Source: an uncultured Opitutia bacterium (GTDB taxonomy: Bacteria; Verrucomicrobiota; Verrucomicrobiia; Opitutales; Opitutaceae). From it: a stretch of 64,000 bases of DNA. The stretch covers positions 228,748 to 292,747 of the forward strand of contig CAIPAH010000030.1 in assembly GCA_903862955.1 (NCBI GenBank), read 5' to 3'. How positions within the stretch are numbered: the first letter of the stretch is position 1; every line of letters begins with the position of its first letter. The position numbers were made by a program, and so were the translations under genes. This document shows positions 8,439 through 17,500 of the stretch, in pieces. The notes below the pieces were generated by a model, which was not told the DNA's origin, did no database searches, and saw nothing but the letters and a program-made list of their open reading frames with translations.

Positions 8439-10410
8439 CCGCCTCGCCCTGCTGCTCGCCCTCGCCGCCGCCACGCCACTCGGCGCCGTGCTGGTGCCGA
8501 CGGAGTGGTCACATCGGCAGGAACTCCTGATCTCCTCCCCGGGACTCATCCGCGTGGACTTGACCGCGGCCTCCTTCGACGCCGCCGGCCCGCGCCAGGA
8601 AGACCTCCGCGTCATCGATGCGACCGGCCGCGAAATTCCTTCCCTGCTGGACCGCCCACCCGTGCCACTCGCGCAAACGGTCCGGCCGTCGGCCTTCGGC
8701 GTGAAACTGGAGGGCAGCACGACCGTCCTCACGCTCACCACCGGCACGACAGACGCGCTGGCCGCCGTCACGCTGGAAACGCCGCATCCGTTCTTCCTGC
8801 GCTCCGCGCGTGTGGAGCTTTCGGACGACGGCGTGCAGTGGACCCAGCTCGACTCGGGCCTCCCGCTTTTCCGCCAGTGGGGCGCCGAGAAACTCACCCT
8901 GCCGCTTGGCCAGCGCACCGCCGCTTTCGTGCGCATCGCGGTGTCCGGCGACCGCGCCGGCGCGATGCCGTTCACCGGCGCGTGGCTCAGCCTCGCCGCC
9001 GCACCCGCGCCGGCCCTCCTGCCCGTGGAGGCACAGATCACCCGGCGTGAGGAATTCGCCGGTGAAACCGTGCTTACGCTGGCTCTCGCCGGCCGTCACT
9101 TGCCGCTGGCCGCACTCACCTTCGATACCAAGGAGCCGCTGTTCATGCGGCGCGTGAGCGTCACCGTCCGCGAAGTCCGCGAGGCCGTGCCCGGCGAGCG
9201 CACCGTCGGGGCGGGCACGATTTACCGTGTCGCCCTCGACGGCGCGCCGGCGCGCGCGCAGCTCGAGGTGCCGTTGAATTTCACCGCCCCGACGCGCGAG
9301 GTCCTCGTGCACATCTTCAACGGCGACTCACCCCCGCTGGCGCTGGACGGCGTGCGGCTGCAACGCTGGCCGGTCAATCTCCTCTTCATGGCGCCCGCCT
9401 TCGGCCGTTTCGCGCTGCTCTCGGGCAATCCCCAGGCCGGCTCGCCGCACTACGACCTCGCCGGTTTCGCGGACCAGCTGCGCGCCGCGGGCGCCACCGT
9501 CGTCGTCCCGGGTGCGATGGAAGCCATGCCCAACTACCACCCGCGCGAGTCCCTCGCCGAGGCCCCGCTGCCCGATGTGCCCCTCGCCGGCGCCCCGCTC
9601 GACGCCGCGGACTGGCCCGACCGCCGCCCAGTCGGCATTCAACACGCCGGCGTGCAGGAGCTGGAGCTGGACCTCGAGGCCCTCGCCCGGTCCCGCGCGG
9701 ACTTCGGCGACCTGCGGCTGCTCCGCGAGGGCAACCAGATCCCCTACGTCCTCGAGCTGCCCGGCCTCGCGCGCTCGCTGAATCTTTCCCCGGCCGCCGC
9801 GCCCGACCCGAAGCGCCGCTCCGTTAGCGTGTGGCAATTGCAGCTGCCCCACGCCGGCGCCCCGCTGCGCCGGCTCGTGCTGTCGTCGCGCACGCCGCTC
9901 TTCTCGCGCGAATTCCGCATCTACGAAAAAGTCAGCACGCCGGAGGGTCGCACCTACGAAAACCTCCTCGCCAGCGGCGCTTGGAGCCGGACGCCCGAGC
10001 CGGGCGTGCCGTTGACGCGCGTCTTTGACCTCCTCGACCGGATGCGGACGGACACACTTTGGATCGAGACCGACAACGGCGACAATCCCGCGATCTCCCT
10101 CGACAGCGTGCAGGTCGTGTATCCGGTGGCGCGCCTGATCTTCAAAGTCGCGGACACCGATGGTTTCTCGCTGATCTACGGCAACAAGGACGCCACCACG
10201 CCGCGCTACGATCTTCGCCTGGTCGCCGAAAAGCTGCTCACCTCCAGTCGCAACATCGCCACCCTCGGCGCGGGCGAAACAAACTACGCCGCACACAACA
10301 CATTCGCCGGCCTCAAGGGCGGTTACGTCTTCTGGGGCGCCCTCGCGCTGGTCGTCATCGTCCTGCTCACCGTCGTTTCGAAGCTCCTGCCCAAGCCGCC
10401 GCTGATCTAG
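8416..10410 (+). CDS. DUF3999-like exported protein with C-terminal membrane anchor
   Basis: The start was moved to ATG 8416 (MKRRPGLDRLALLLALAAATPLGA signal peptide). It overlaps the upstream stop by 23 nt. The protein has two similar halves and a terminal TM segment (YVFWGALALVVIVLLTVVSKLL). Confidence 0.75.
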   Translation: MKRRPGLDRLALLLALAAATPLGAVLVPTEWSHRQELLISSPGLIRVDLTAASFDAAGPRQEDLRVIDATGREIPSLLDRPPVPLAQTVRPSAFGVKLEGSTTVLTLTTGTTDALAAVTLETPHPFFLRSARVELSDDGVQWTQLDSGLPLFRQWGAEKLTLPLGQRTAAFVRIAVSGDRAGAMPFTGAWLSLAAAPAPALLPVEAQITRREEFAGETVLTLALAGRHLPLAALTFDTKEPLFMRRVSVTVREVREAVPGERTVGAGTIYRVALDGAPARAQLEVPLNFTAPTREVLVHIFNGDSPPLALDGVRLQRWPVNLLFMAPAFGRFALLSGNPQAGSPHYDLAGFADQLRAAGATVVVPGAMEAMPNYHPRESLAEAPLPDVPLAGAPLDAADWPDRRPVGIQHAGVQELELDLEALARSRADFGDLRLLREGNQIPYVLELPGLARSLNLSPAAAPDPKRRSVSVWQLQLPHAGAPLRRLVLSSRTPLFSREFRIYEKVSTPEGRTYENLLASGAWSRTPEPGVPLTRVFDLLDRMRTDTLWIETDNGDNPAISLDSVQVVYPVARLIFKVADTDGFSLIYGNKDATTPRYDLRLVAEKLLTSSRNIATLGAGETNYAAHNTFAGLKGGYVFWGALALVVIVLLTVVSKLLPKPPLI

Positions 10411-10413
10411 ACG

Positions 10414-12567
10414 TCACCGCAGCGTGCGCAGTCCCAGCAGCGCGGATTCCACGCGGTCGAACACCGCCAGCCCAACTTCGCCAAACGCCGAGCGATAACC
10501 GTCGTAGTCCGGCCCAGCGTCCACCGCGACGGCGACCGGCTTGCCGTGTTTTGCCGCCAGCTTGGCCAGCGCCGCGGCGAACGGCGCAGCGTCCGGCCGG
10601 GCGGTGTTAAGCCGGCGCGTGAACGGCACCAGCCCCACGATCAGCAACGCCGCAGAGCCAAGCACCAGGTCCACCGCGGCGAGAAAGGCGTCTTCACTGG
10701 CCATCGGGGTCAGGTCGAGTGGCAGCTGGGGATTCACGAGGGTGTTGAGCTGGTGACGCACCAGCAGCGCGGCCAGTTCTTCCTTCGCCGCAGGTGTCAG
10801 CACGGCGGCATCAAGTCCCTGGGCGAGCAGGTCGCTCGCGTTCACGCTTTCGAATCCGGCGTTGGTGACCAACGCCACCGGGCCGGGCGGAGTCGCGGGA
10901 TACGTGCCCAGCCATTCGAGGGCGGCGTCGAACGCGGCAATCGACGCCGAAAGTTTCACGCCCGCGCGCTGTAGCAACGTCTGCTCGAGGTCCCAGTCCC
11001 CCGCCATCGCGCCCGTGTGGCTCGCCGCCGCCGCGTGTCCCGCCGGCGTGCGCCCCGCCCGGTGCATCAGCACCGGGATTCCCCGTTCGTGCAGCCGTTG
11101 CGCGGCCTTCGCCGTCGCCAGCAGCTGGCCCGGCCCAAATCCTTCGACGTAGGCCGCCACGGCACCGCACTCGGACTCTCGCGCCAGCGCCCGCAGAAAA
11201 TCCGGCAGCGCCGCGTCCATCTGGTTGCCCAGCGCCACCCCTAGGCCGAAACGTAGCCGCAGCGCGCGCGAGCGCCGGCACAGCAGGAACGCGCCGCTCT
11301 GGCTGAGCAGCACCAAGTCGCCTCCGGTAGACCTCGGTGGGGTGAGTTTCTCCGCCGGGATGAAGGACGTGTCGAGTTGGAGCGCGGGCACCCAATGCCC
11401 CAGAAAATTCGGCCCGAGCACCGTTGGCGTCCACCGCCCCGCCGCGCGTGCCTCCTGCAGCTGTTCCTCCAGTTGACGTCCGAGTCCCGTCACATCCGCC
11501 CCATCGCCAAGGCCACCCGAAACGAGCGCGACCACGCTCGCCCCGCCTCCCTGTCCGATAAGGGCTGTCAGCACCGCCGCCGCCGCGGGCGCGGGCAACG
11601 CGAGCACCAGCAGGTCCACGGGCGCGGCTCGCAGCGCCAGGACGTCCGGCACGCATGGCAGGCCCAGCAATTCAGCCTGGCCGGGCTTGATGAGGGTGAT
11701 GGCGCCCGCCAGCGCGGGACACCGGCAGAGATTTTCCAGGATGACGCGGCCCACGCCGCCGGGCTTTTCCGACACACCGGCGAGCGCGACACGGCGGGGA
11801 TGACGCAGCGCCGGCAGAAATGCACCCGGAGGCGGCAAACGCCGTTTTGGCATCGCTCCCCGGCGGCCCACCGCGTCCACCGGCCGCGGTTGCCCGATCT
11901 CATCGAGCACGACGGGATTCATTTCCAGCAGGTTGATTCCGTCCGTCTCGGCGAGCGCTGCCAGCCGCCACACCGCCTCGATGAATTCGGCCAGTTGGGG
12001 CTCGGTGGTCAGCGGCGTCGTGCCGCGCAGCCGGCCCAGCCAGATCCGGCCGAGCAAATGCGCCTTCAGTTCCGCGAGGGCGTCCGCCGGTTGGACGAGC
12101 GCCAGCGGCCAGCGCAACGGCGGAGCCGCGGCGGCGAGCGCGTCGGCCTGCAGTCCGCCAAAGCCGCACAGCACCACCCAGCCCGCCTCGCCGCGGGCGA
12201 GGGACACAAAACCTTCCGACGGCAATCCATCCGCGTGCGCCACGGCGATGCGTTCGCAGACCAGCGCTCCGATCCAGCGGTGGCCGGCGTCCTCGACCCG
12301 GCGGGCCATCATGTGCGCTGCGGTGATGACGGGCGTGACCGCAAACGTCATGAACTCGACCGCGCCCGCTTCCGACTTGTGCCAGAGTTCCTCACCCAGC
12401 CCCTTGAGCACCACCGGTTCGCCGGCTGCGAACGGCAGCGGCTTGCCGATCACCGCGTGCCGCGGCGGCTCGAGTCCGGAGCGGAGGATCAACTCATAGG
12501 CCTCGGCCTCGCCGACAAAGCTGCCTCGGACCGCCGGTTCCGGAAGGACTGCGGCGTCGGAGTTCAT
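10414..12567 (-). CDS. ADP-forming acyl-CoA synthetase (acetate--CoA ligase family), fused with ATP-grasp domain first
   Basis: 717 aa. The N-terminal part is ATP-grasp-like (VVLKGLGEELWHKSEAGAV, LLEMNPVVL). A CoA-binding part follows (RRVALAGVSEKPGGVGRVILENL, GPNFLG, LLSQSGAF), with the phosphohistidine motif AASHTGAMAG. The start overlaps the upstream stop (ATGA at 12564-12567). Confidence 0.8.
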   Translation of the reverse strand: MNSDAAVLPEPAVRGSFVGEAEAYELILRSGLEPPRHAVIGKPLPFAAGEPVVLKGLGEELWHKSEAGAVEFMTFAVTPVITAAHMMARRVEDAGHRWIGALVCERIAVAHADGLPSEGFVSLARGEAGWVVLCGFGGLQADALAAAAPPLRWPLALVQPADALAELKAHLLGRIWLGRLRGTTPLTTEPQLAEFIEAVWRLAALAETDGINLLEMNPVVLDEIGQPRPVDAVGRRGAMPKRRLPPPGAFLPALRHPRRVALAGVSEKPGGVGRVILENLCRCPALAGAITLIKPGQAELLGLPCVPDVLALRAAPVDLLVLALPAPAAAAVLTALIGQGGGASVVALVSGGLGDGADVTGLGRQLEEQLQEARAAGRWTPTVLGPNFLGHWVPALQLDTSFIPAEKLTPPRSTGGDLVLLSQSGAFLLCRRSRALRLRFGLGVALGNQMDAALPDFLRALARESECGAVAAYVEGFGPGQLLATAKAAQRLHERGIPVLMHRAGRTPAGHAAAASHTGAMAGDWDLEQTLLQRAGVKLSASIAAFDAALEWLGTYPATPPGPVALVTNAGFESVNASDLLAQGLDAAVLTPAAKEELAALLVRHQLNTLVNPQLPLDLTPMASEDAFLAAVDLVLGSAALLIVGLVPFTRRLNTARPDAAPFAAALAKLAAKHGKPVAVAVDAGPDYDGYRSAFGEVGLAVFDRVESALLGLRTLR

Positions 12568-13997
12568 GCGGGCAGGAGCAGCGCCTCCACTGCGTCACGA
12601 CCCGCGGCGAACGCCGCCTCGTTGAGGGGCAGGACGGCCGGCTTGTCGTGCAACACATGCCGCAGCGTGTCGACCACGCTGTCCTCGGGCAAAATCTGCA
12701 GCGCAGCCTGCAGGGCGCCGAGCGCGACGACGTTCTTGACCACGGGCCGGCCGAGTTCGGTCGCGATGCGCGTGAAGGGAACCGGATAAACCCGCAGGTG
12801 CGCGGGCAGCAGCGGCGGCGCGGTGATGATGGTGCTGTCGTAGAGGATCACGCCGCCCTTTTTCACCATGGCGGCAAATTTGGACAGGCTCGGCGCGTTG
12901 AAGGCGACGAGCACATGCGGCATGGGAGCTGCCGGGTTCAACACCTCGTGCTCGGCAAGGTGCACGTCGGCATACGACGTGCCGCCGCGGCTCTCGGGGC
13001 CGTAACTCGGGATGTCGGTGGCGTCGTAGCCCTGCGCGATCGCCGCGCGGGTGAGCAGCAGCGCCGCCGTCTGCGCGCCGTCGCCGCCGGAACCCGCGAG
13101 CTTGATGGCGATGTCCCGGGCGGGGAGATGCGCGGGCCAGGCCGGCGGAGCGTGCGCGTCCACGTCGGCGCTGGGCTCGGCGCCGATGAGTTCCAGGAGT
13201 GGCGTGGGCTCGAACACCGGCGCGCCAGGCTTGAACCACGGCTCGACCGTCAAGTCCTTCTTCACGCCGAGCGGATAAACCGGAGCCATCTTCGTCTTCA
13301 CCCACTCCTCCGCCTCCTGCGGCGTCATCTTCAGGTGCGTCGGGCACTCGGCGATGATTTCGACAAAGGAATAACCGCGGCCCTCGATCTGGTTCGTAAG
13401 CGCCTTGCGGATGGCCTTGCGGGCCTTCACGCGTTCGCGGGCGTCGAACAGTGCGACGCGTTCGACATAAACCGGCCCATCCAGCTGGGCGATGAGCTCC
13501 GCCATCTTCAGCGGCTGGCCCATCGCGGGACCGCGGCCCTCGGGCGTGGTCGTGGTTTTCTGGCCCATCAGCGAAGTCGGCGCGAGCTGGCCGCCGGTCA
13601 TGCCATAGACGGCGTTGTTGATGAAGATGACCGTGATCGGCACGCCCATCTGCGCGATCGAGATGGTCTCGGCGAGGCCGATCGACGCGAGGTCACCGTC
13701 GCCCTGGTAGCTGATGACGACCGCCTCGGGATGCGCGAGCTTGTGCCCCAACGCGACCGCGGGCGCGCGGCCGTGGGCGGCCTGCGAGTTGCCGACGTCG
13801 AAGTAGTAATGCGCGAACACCGCGCAGCCGACGGGGCTGATCAGCACCGTCTGGTCCTGGATGCCCAGCTCGTCGATGGCAGCGGCAAGGTCGCGGTGAA
13901 CCACGCCGTGGCCGCAGCCGGGGCAGTAGTGCGTGCTGTGGGCCTTGAGCCCCTCGCCGTGGGAGTGACGTTGAAAATTTTCGTAGAACGCGTTCAT
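12564..13997 (-). CDS. 2-oxoacid:ferredoxin oxidoreductase, fused beta (TPP-binding) + gamma subunit
   Basis: 477 aa. It has a TPP-binding region (GCGHGV..., GDGDLASIGL...NNAVYGMTGGQ). The C-terminal half resembles the gamma/catalytic domain (IKLAGSGGDGAQTAA). There are ATGA overlaps at both ends. Confidence 0.8.
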   Translation of the reverse strand: MNAFYENFQRHSHGEGLKAHSTHYCPGCGHGVVHRDLAAAIDELGIQDQTVLISPVGCAVFAHYYFDVGNSQAAHGRAPAVALGHKLAHPEAVVISYQGDGDLASIGLAETISIAQMGVPITVIFINNAVYGMTGGQLAPTSLMGQKTTTTPEGRGPAMGQPLKMAELIAQLDGPVYVERVALFDARERVKARKAIRKALTNQIEGRGYSFVEIIAECPTHLKMTPQEAEEWVKTKMAPVYPLGVKKDLTVEPWFKPGAPVFEPTPLLELIGAEPSADVDAHAPPAWPAHLPARDIAIKLAGSGGDGAQTAALLLTRAAIAQGYDATDIPSYGPESRGGTSYADVHLAEHEVLNPAAPMPHVLVAFNAPSLSKFAAMVKKGGVILYDSTIITAPPLLPAHLRVYPVPFTRIATELGRPVVKNVVALGALQAALQILPEDSVVDTLRHVLHDKPAVLPLNEAAFAAGRDAVEALLLPA

Positions 13998-15400
13998 GAC
14001 AGCACCTCCTCGCGGGCGAGCAGCGTCGCCAGGATTTCGTCCTGCGCCGGCAGGTTGCCGCCGCAGCGTCGCACGTGGTCAATCGGCGGCGGCGCGATGT
14101 TGGCGTGGCTGAGGGCCAGCCGGAGTTCGTCCTCGAGCTGCCCTGGGCCAGCCTCGACCACCACGATGCGCCGGACTCCCGGCATGATTTCCGCGAGCGC
14201 ATCGATTGGGAAGGGCCACAGCGTAATCGGGCGGAAGAGGCCGGCCTTCACACCGTTCTCCCGCGCGGTTTCGACCGCGCCCTTGGCCATGCGGGCGGGC
14301 GTATTGCAGGCGACGACCAACACCTCGGCATCGCGGCAGCGGTAGCAGTCCACGCGCTGCTCGCAGGCAGTGATGGCGGCATACTTGCGGTTGAGATGCT
14401 CGTTGTGGTCCTCGAGGTCGGCCTCGGCGAGGGCGATGGAGCTGATGAGATTGTGCCGGTGCGCGCGGTCGCCCCACACGGCCCACGCGGGCAGGCCGGG
14501 CCGGATCATTGACGCCGGCAGCCGCACCTTGCCGGTCATCTGGCCGAGGTAGCCGTCGCCGAGGAGGATGACGGGATTGCGGTAACGAAAGGCCAGGGCG
14601 AACGCGTCGATCGCGAGGTCGAGCATCTCCTGCGGCGTGCTCGGCGTGAGGACGATCGCGTGGGTGTTGCCATGGCCGAGGCCGCGGCAGGCCAGCTTGA
14701 TGTCGGTCTGCTCGGGCGCGATGTTCCCGAGGCCGGGTCCGCCGCGCATCATGTTGACGAACACGCCAGGCACTTCCGCGCCGATCATGTAGCTGACGCC
14801 CTCGAGCATGAGGCTGAAGCCCGGGCTGCTCGTGAAGGTCATGCACGGCAGCCCGGCGCCCCCGGCGCCATACATCATGTTCACTGCGGCGACCTCGCTC
14901 ACGGCGTGAACGAAGTGTCCGTTGAGCTTCGGCAGGATGCGCGCCATGAGCTCCGCGCCCTCGGTGCTGGGCGTGATCGGGTAGCCAAAAACGTGGCGGC
15001 AACCCGCCAGCAGCGCGCCGATGGCGGTGGCGTAAGTGCCTTTCAGCACCAGCGGCTCACAGTCCGGCAGCGCGCGCCGGTCGTCAGGCAGGTCGCCCTC
15101 CGAGTGGTTCGGCACGCACTTCTCGCCGAACAGCTTGGCCGGGTCCTCGAGCACGAACTCGCCCTCGAGTCCCGCCCGGTCGGTCTCCAGCCGCAGGCCA
15201 TACGGTTCGGGACAAGCCTGCAGGCAAAGCGTGCAGCCGTTGCAATTTTCCAGGTGCAGCTCAACCGGCACGAGGCCGGTGGCGGGATTGATGGCGGAGC
15301 CCGGCGTGATGCAATCGCGTGGGCAGGCCTCGATGCAACGGAGGCAGCCCTTGCAATATTGGGGCTCGAGGTAGGGTTTGGGACGGACGGAAGCGGACAT
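13994..15400 (-). CDS. 2-oxoacid:ferredoxin oxidoreductase, fused delta (2x[4Fe-4S] ferredoxin) + alpha subunit
   Basis: 468 aa. The N-terminus has two Cys clusters (CKGCLRCIEACP and CNGCTLCLQACP), followed by an alpha-subunit-like body. It is the first gene of a three-gene translationally coupled unit. Confidence 0.8.
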   Translation of the reverse strand: MSASVRPKPYLEPQYCKGCLRCIEACPRDCITPGSAINPATGLVPVELHLENCNGCTLCLQACPEPYGLRLETDRAGLEGEFVLEDPAKLFGEKCVPNHSEGDLPDDRRALPDCEPLVLKGTYATAIGALLAGCRHVFGYPITPSTEGAELMARILPKLNGHFVHAVSEVAAVNMMYGAGGAGLPCMTFTSSPGFSLMLEGVSYMIGAEVPGVFVNMMRGGPGLGNIAPEQTDIKLACRGLGHGNTHAIVLTPSTPQEMLDLAIDAFALAFRYRNPVILLGDGYLGQMTGKVRLPASMIRPGLPAWAVWGDRAHRHNLISSIALAEADLEDHNEHLNRKYAAITACEQRVDCYRCRDAEVLVVACNTPARMAKGAVETARENGVKAGLFRPITLWPFPIDALAEIMPGVRRIVVVEAGPGQLEDELRLALSHANIAPPPIDHVRRCGGNLPAQDEILATLLAREEVLS

Positions 15401-15509
15401 GGCGCGGGGGCCCGGAGACCGGGCGTTGGGGTTGGCCCATGATAGCCCAACCGCCGCCCGGAACTGTGCATGTCTTGGCGGAGACTGCGCAGGACTTGGG
15501 GCGCCTGTT

Positions 15510-15525
15510 TACTCCAAACGGAGTA
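15510..15525. promoter_or_regulatory. perfect 6-4-6 palindrome TACTCCaaacGGAGTA upstream of the oxidoreductase operon (candidate operator)
   Basis: Read directly from the sequence. It lies about 110 nt upstream of the ATG at 15400, in the 162-nt gap after the acyl-CoA synthetase gene. Confidence 0.3.
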
Positions 15526-15535
15526 GGCCGATTTT

Positions 15536-15560
15536 GACCGCGGCAGGCACACCCGCGGTC
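15536..15560 (-). terminator. GC-rich hairpin (8-bp stem gaccgcgg/ccgcggtc) directly after the acyl-CoA synthetase stop
   Basis: The stem is perfect with a 9-nt loop. There is no U-tract, so terminator function is uncertain. Confidence 0.3.
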
Positions 15561-15562
15561 GG

Positions 15563-17494
15563 CTATTTCCCCGCCAGCGCCGCGATCGGCTCGAACGCCG
15601 CCGGGTTGTCGATGCTGGTGATGTCGCCCGGCGGCTGGCCGAGGAAGACGCGCAGCATCGCCGCGCGCACAATCTTGCCGCTGCGGGTCTTGGGCAGCGC
15701 GGGGATGACAAAGACGTGTTTCGGCGCCAGCGGTTTGCCGAGTTGCTTGGCCACCTGCGCAATCAACTCAGCTTCCGTTGGAGCCGCGGCGCCCCCGCCG
15801 TGGCTTGGCTTCAACACCACGAAGCACACCAGTGCCGTGCCCTTGATGTCGTCTGGCACGCCGATCACCGCCGCCTCGCTCACCGCAGGATGCGTCGCGA
15901 GCGCGCCCTCGACTTCGCCCGGCCCCACTCGCTTGCCGGCGACCTTCATCGTGTCGTCCGTGCGGCCGAACAGGAACCACTGGCCGTCCTCGTCCACTTT
16001 CGCCCAGTCGCCGTGATACCACACGCCCGGGAAGCGTTGGAAATACGTCTCCAGGTAGCGCGCGTCGTCGTGGAGAAAGCTGCGCGTCATCGATGGCGCG
16101 GGCTGGCGGCAGACCAGATGCCCCATCGTGCCGGCGGGCGCGGGCTTCCCCTCGTCGGTGAACGCCGCCACATCCATACCGAGGCTCGGCCCGCCCACCG
16201 AGCAGGGCTTGAGCGGCGTGAGCGGCGTGGGCGAGACGTGGCACCCGAGGATCTCGGTGCCGCCGGAGATGTTGATCACCGGGCAGCGCTTCATGCCGAC
16301 GTGCTCAAAATACCACAGGTAACTCGCCTCGTCCCAGACCTCGCCGGTGGAACCGAGCACCCGCAGCTTCGAAAGATCGTGGCCGCCCGGCCCGCGGCCA
16401 TCGTGGCTGCGCATCAGCAGGCGGATCAACGTGGGCGAACAACCGAGCGTGACGACGCCCAGCTTCGCGCAGATTTCCCAGATGCGGTCGCCCGTCGGGT
16501 AATTCGGCGCGCCGTCGAACAACACGATCGGCGTGCGATAGAGCAGGCAGCCGATGATTTCCCACGGTCCCATCATCCAGCCAATGTCCGTGACCCAGAA
16601 GAACGGCTCGCCGGGCTGCACGTTGAAGGCGTAGCGTAGTTCCTTCCCCGTCTGCGCGAGGCAGCCCGCGTGCGTGTGCACCGTGCCCTTCGGCCGCCCC
16701 GTCGTGCCGCTCGTGTAGATGATCAGGCATGGATCCTCGGCCGCCCTGGGCGCGCTCGCGATCACCGGCCTACCCGTCCCGAGAAATGCGTCCCAATCCA
16801 GCGTGTCCACCCAGACGGTGCGCGTGAGCGACGGCACCTTCGCCGCAGCGGCGCGCGCGATGGCGGCCGTGTCGGTGGGCTTGCCGCGCCGCGTGAGCGT
16901 GCCGCAGGCGAAGAGCAGCTTCGCCTCGCACGATGCCAGCCGCTCGCGCAGCGCCTCCTCGCCGTAGCCGCAGAAAATCGGGACGAAACGCGCGCCAATC
17001 TTCATTGTCGCGAACAGCGCCACCACCGTCGGCACCTGCATCGGCGCATACAGCCCAACGCTGTCGCCCGCCTTCACGCCCGCCGCGCGCAACGCCCCGG
17101 CACAGCGGTTCACCAGCTCAGCCAGCTCGGCAAAGGTGACGCGCCGCGCCTCCTCCGGGCGGCCCGAGTCGGACTCATAGAACAGCGCCGTCTCTCCGCC
17201 GTGGCCGTCGCGCACGTGGCGGTCGACGCAGTTGTGCGCGACGTTGACCTGTCCCTCGAGAAACCAGCGCGTCCACGCAATCCCGCGCGAATCGTCCCTC
17301 ACCTGGGAGTAGGGCCGCGTCCACTCGACGCCCATGTCCTTCATCGCCGCGTCCCAAAACCACGCCGTGTCCCGCACCGACGCCGCGTGCAGCTCGCCCA
17401 GCGTCGCCAAGCCATGCGCGCGCATGAACCGCGCGACATGCGAGTCGCGGGTCCAGGCATGATCCTCGGGGCGCCAGATGAAGGAGGAAGTCAT
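15563..17494 (-). CDS. AMP-forming acyl-CoA synthetase (acetyl-/acetoacetyl-CoA synthetase-like)
   Basis: 643 aa. It has the AMP-binding signature IIYTSGTTGRPKG, an Acs-like N-terminal domain (NVAHNCVDRHV) and a C-terminal lysine region (PKTRSGKIVR). The context (thiolase, bdhA, homogentisate genes) favours acetoacetate as substrate, but that is an inference. Confidence 0.8.
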   Translation of the reverse strand: MTSSFIWRPEDHAWTRDSHVARFMRAHGLATLGELHAASVRDTAWFWDAAMKDMGVEWTRPYSQVRDDSRGIAWTRWFLEGQVNVAHNCVDRHVRDGHGGETALFYESDSGRPEEARRVTFAELAELVNRCAGALRAAGVKAGDSVGLYAPMQVPTVVALFATMKIGARFVPIFCGYGEEALRERLASCEAKLLFACGTLTRRGKPTDTAAIARAAAAKVPSLTRTVWVDTLDWDAFLGTGRPVIASAPRAAEDPCLIIYTSGTTGRPKGTVHTHAGCLAQTGKELRYAFNVQPGEPFFWVTDIGWMMGPWEIIGCLLYRTPIVLFDGAPNYPTGDRIWEICAKLGVVTLGCSPTLIRLLMRSHDGRGPGGHDLSKLRVLGSTGEVWDEASYLWYFEHVGMKRCPVINISGGTEILGCHVSPTPLTPLKPCSVGGPSLGMDVAAFTDEGKPAPAGTMGHLVCRQPAPSMTRSFLHDDARYLETYFQRFPGVWYHGDWAKVDEDGQWFLFGRTDDTMKVAGKRVGPGEVEGALATHPAVSEAAVIGVPDDIKGTALVCFVVLKPSHGGGAAAPTEAELIAQVAKQLGKPLAPKHVFVIPALPKTRSGKIVRAAMLRVFLGQPPGDITSIDNPAAFEPIAALAGK

Positions 17495-17500
17495 GGTTTA

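Noticed and set aside
7071-9041. Long antisense or alternative-frame ORFs. Examples are 7071..9041(-), 5547..6788(-), 12648..14345(+), 26195..27898(-), 48684..50909(+), 59093..60682(+), 43736..44260(+) and many 60-300-aa ORFs.
   Set aside because: All overlap ORFs with clear family motifs on the other strand or in another frame. All have extreme Arg/Pro/Gly/Ala composition with few Lys/Ile/Phe/Asn. Such ORFs are expected in DNA of about 68% GC, where stop codons are rare off-frame.
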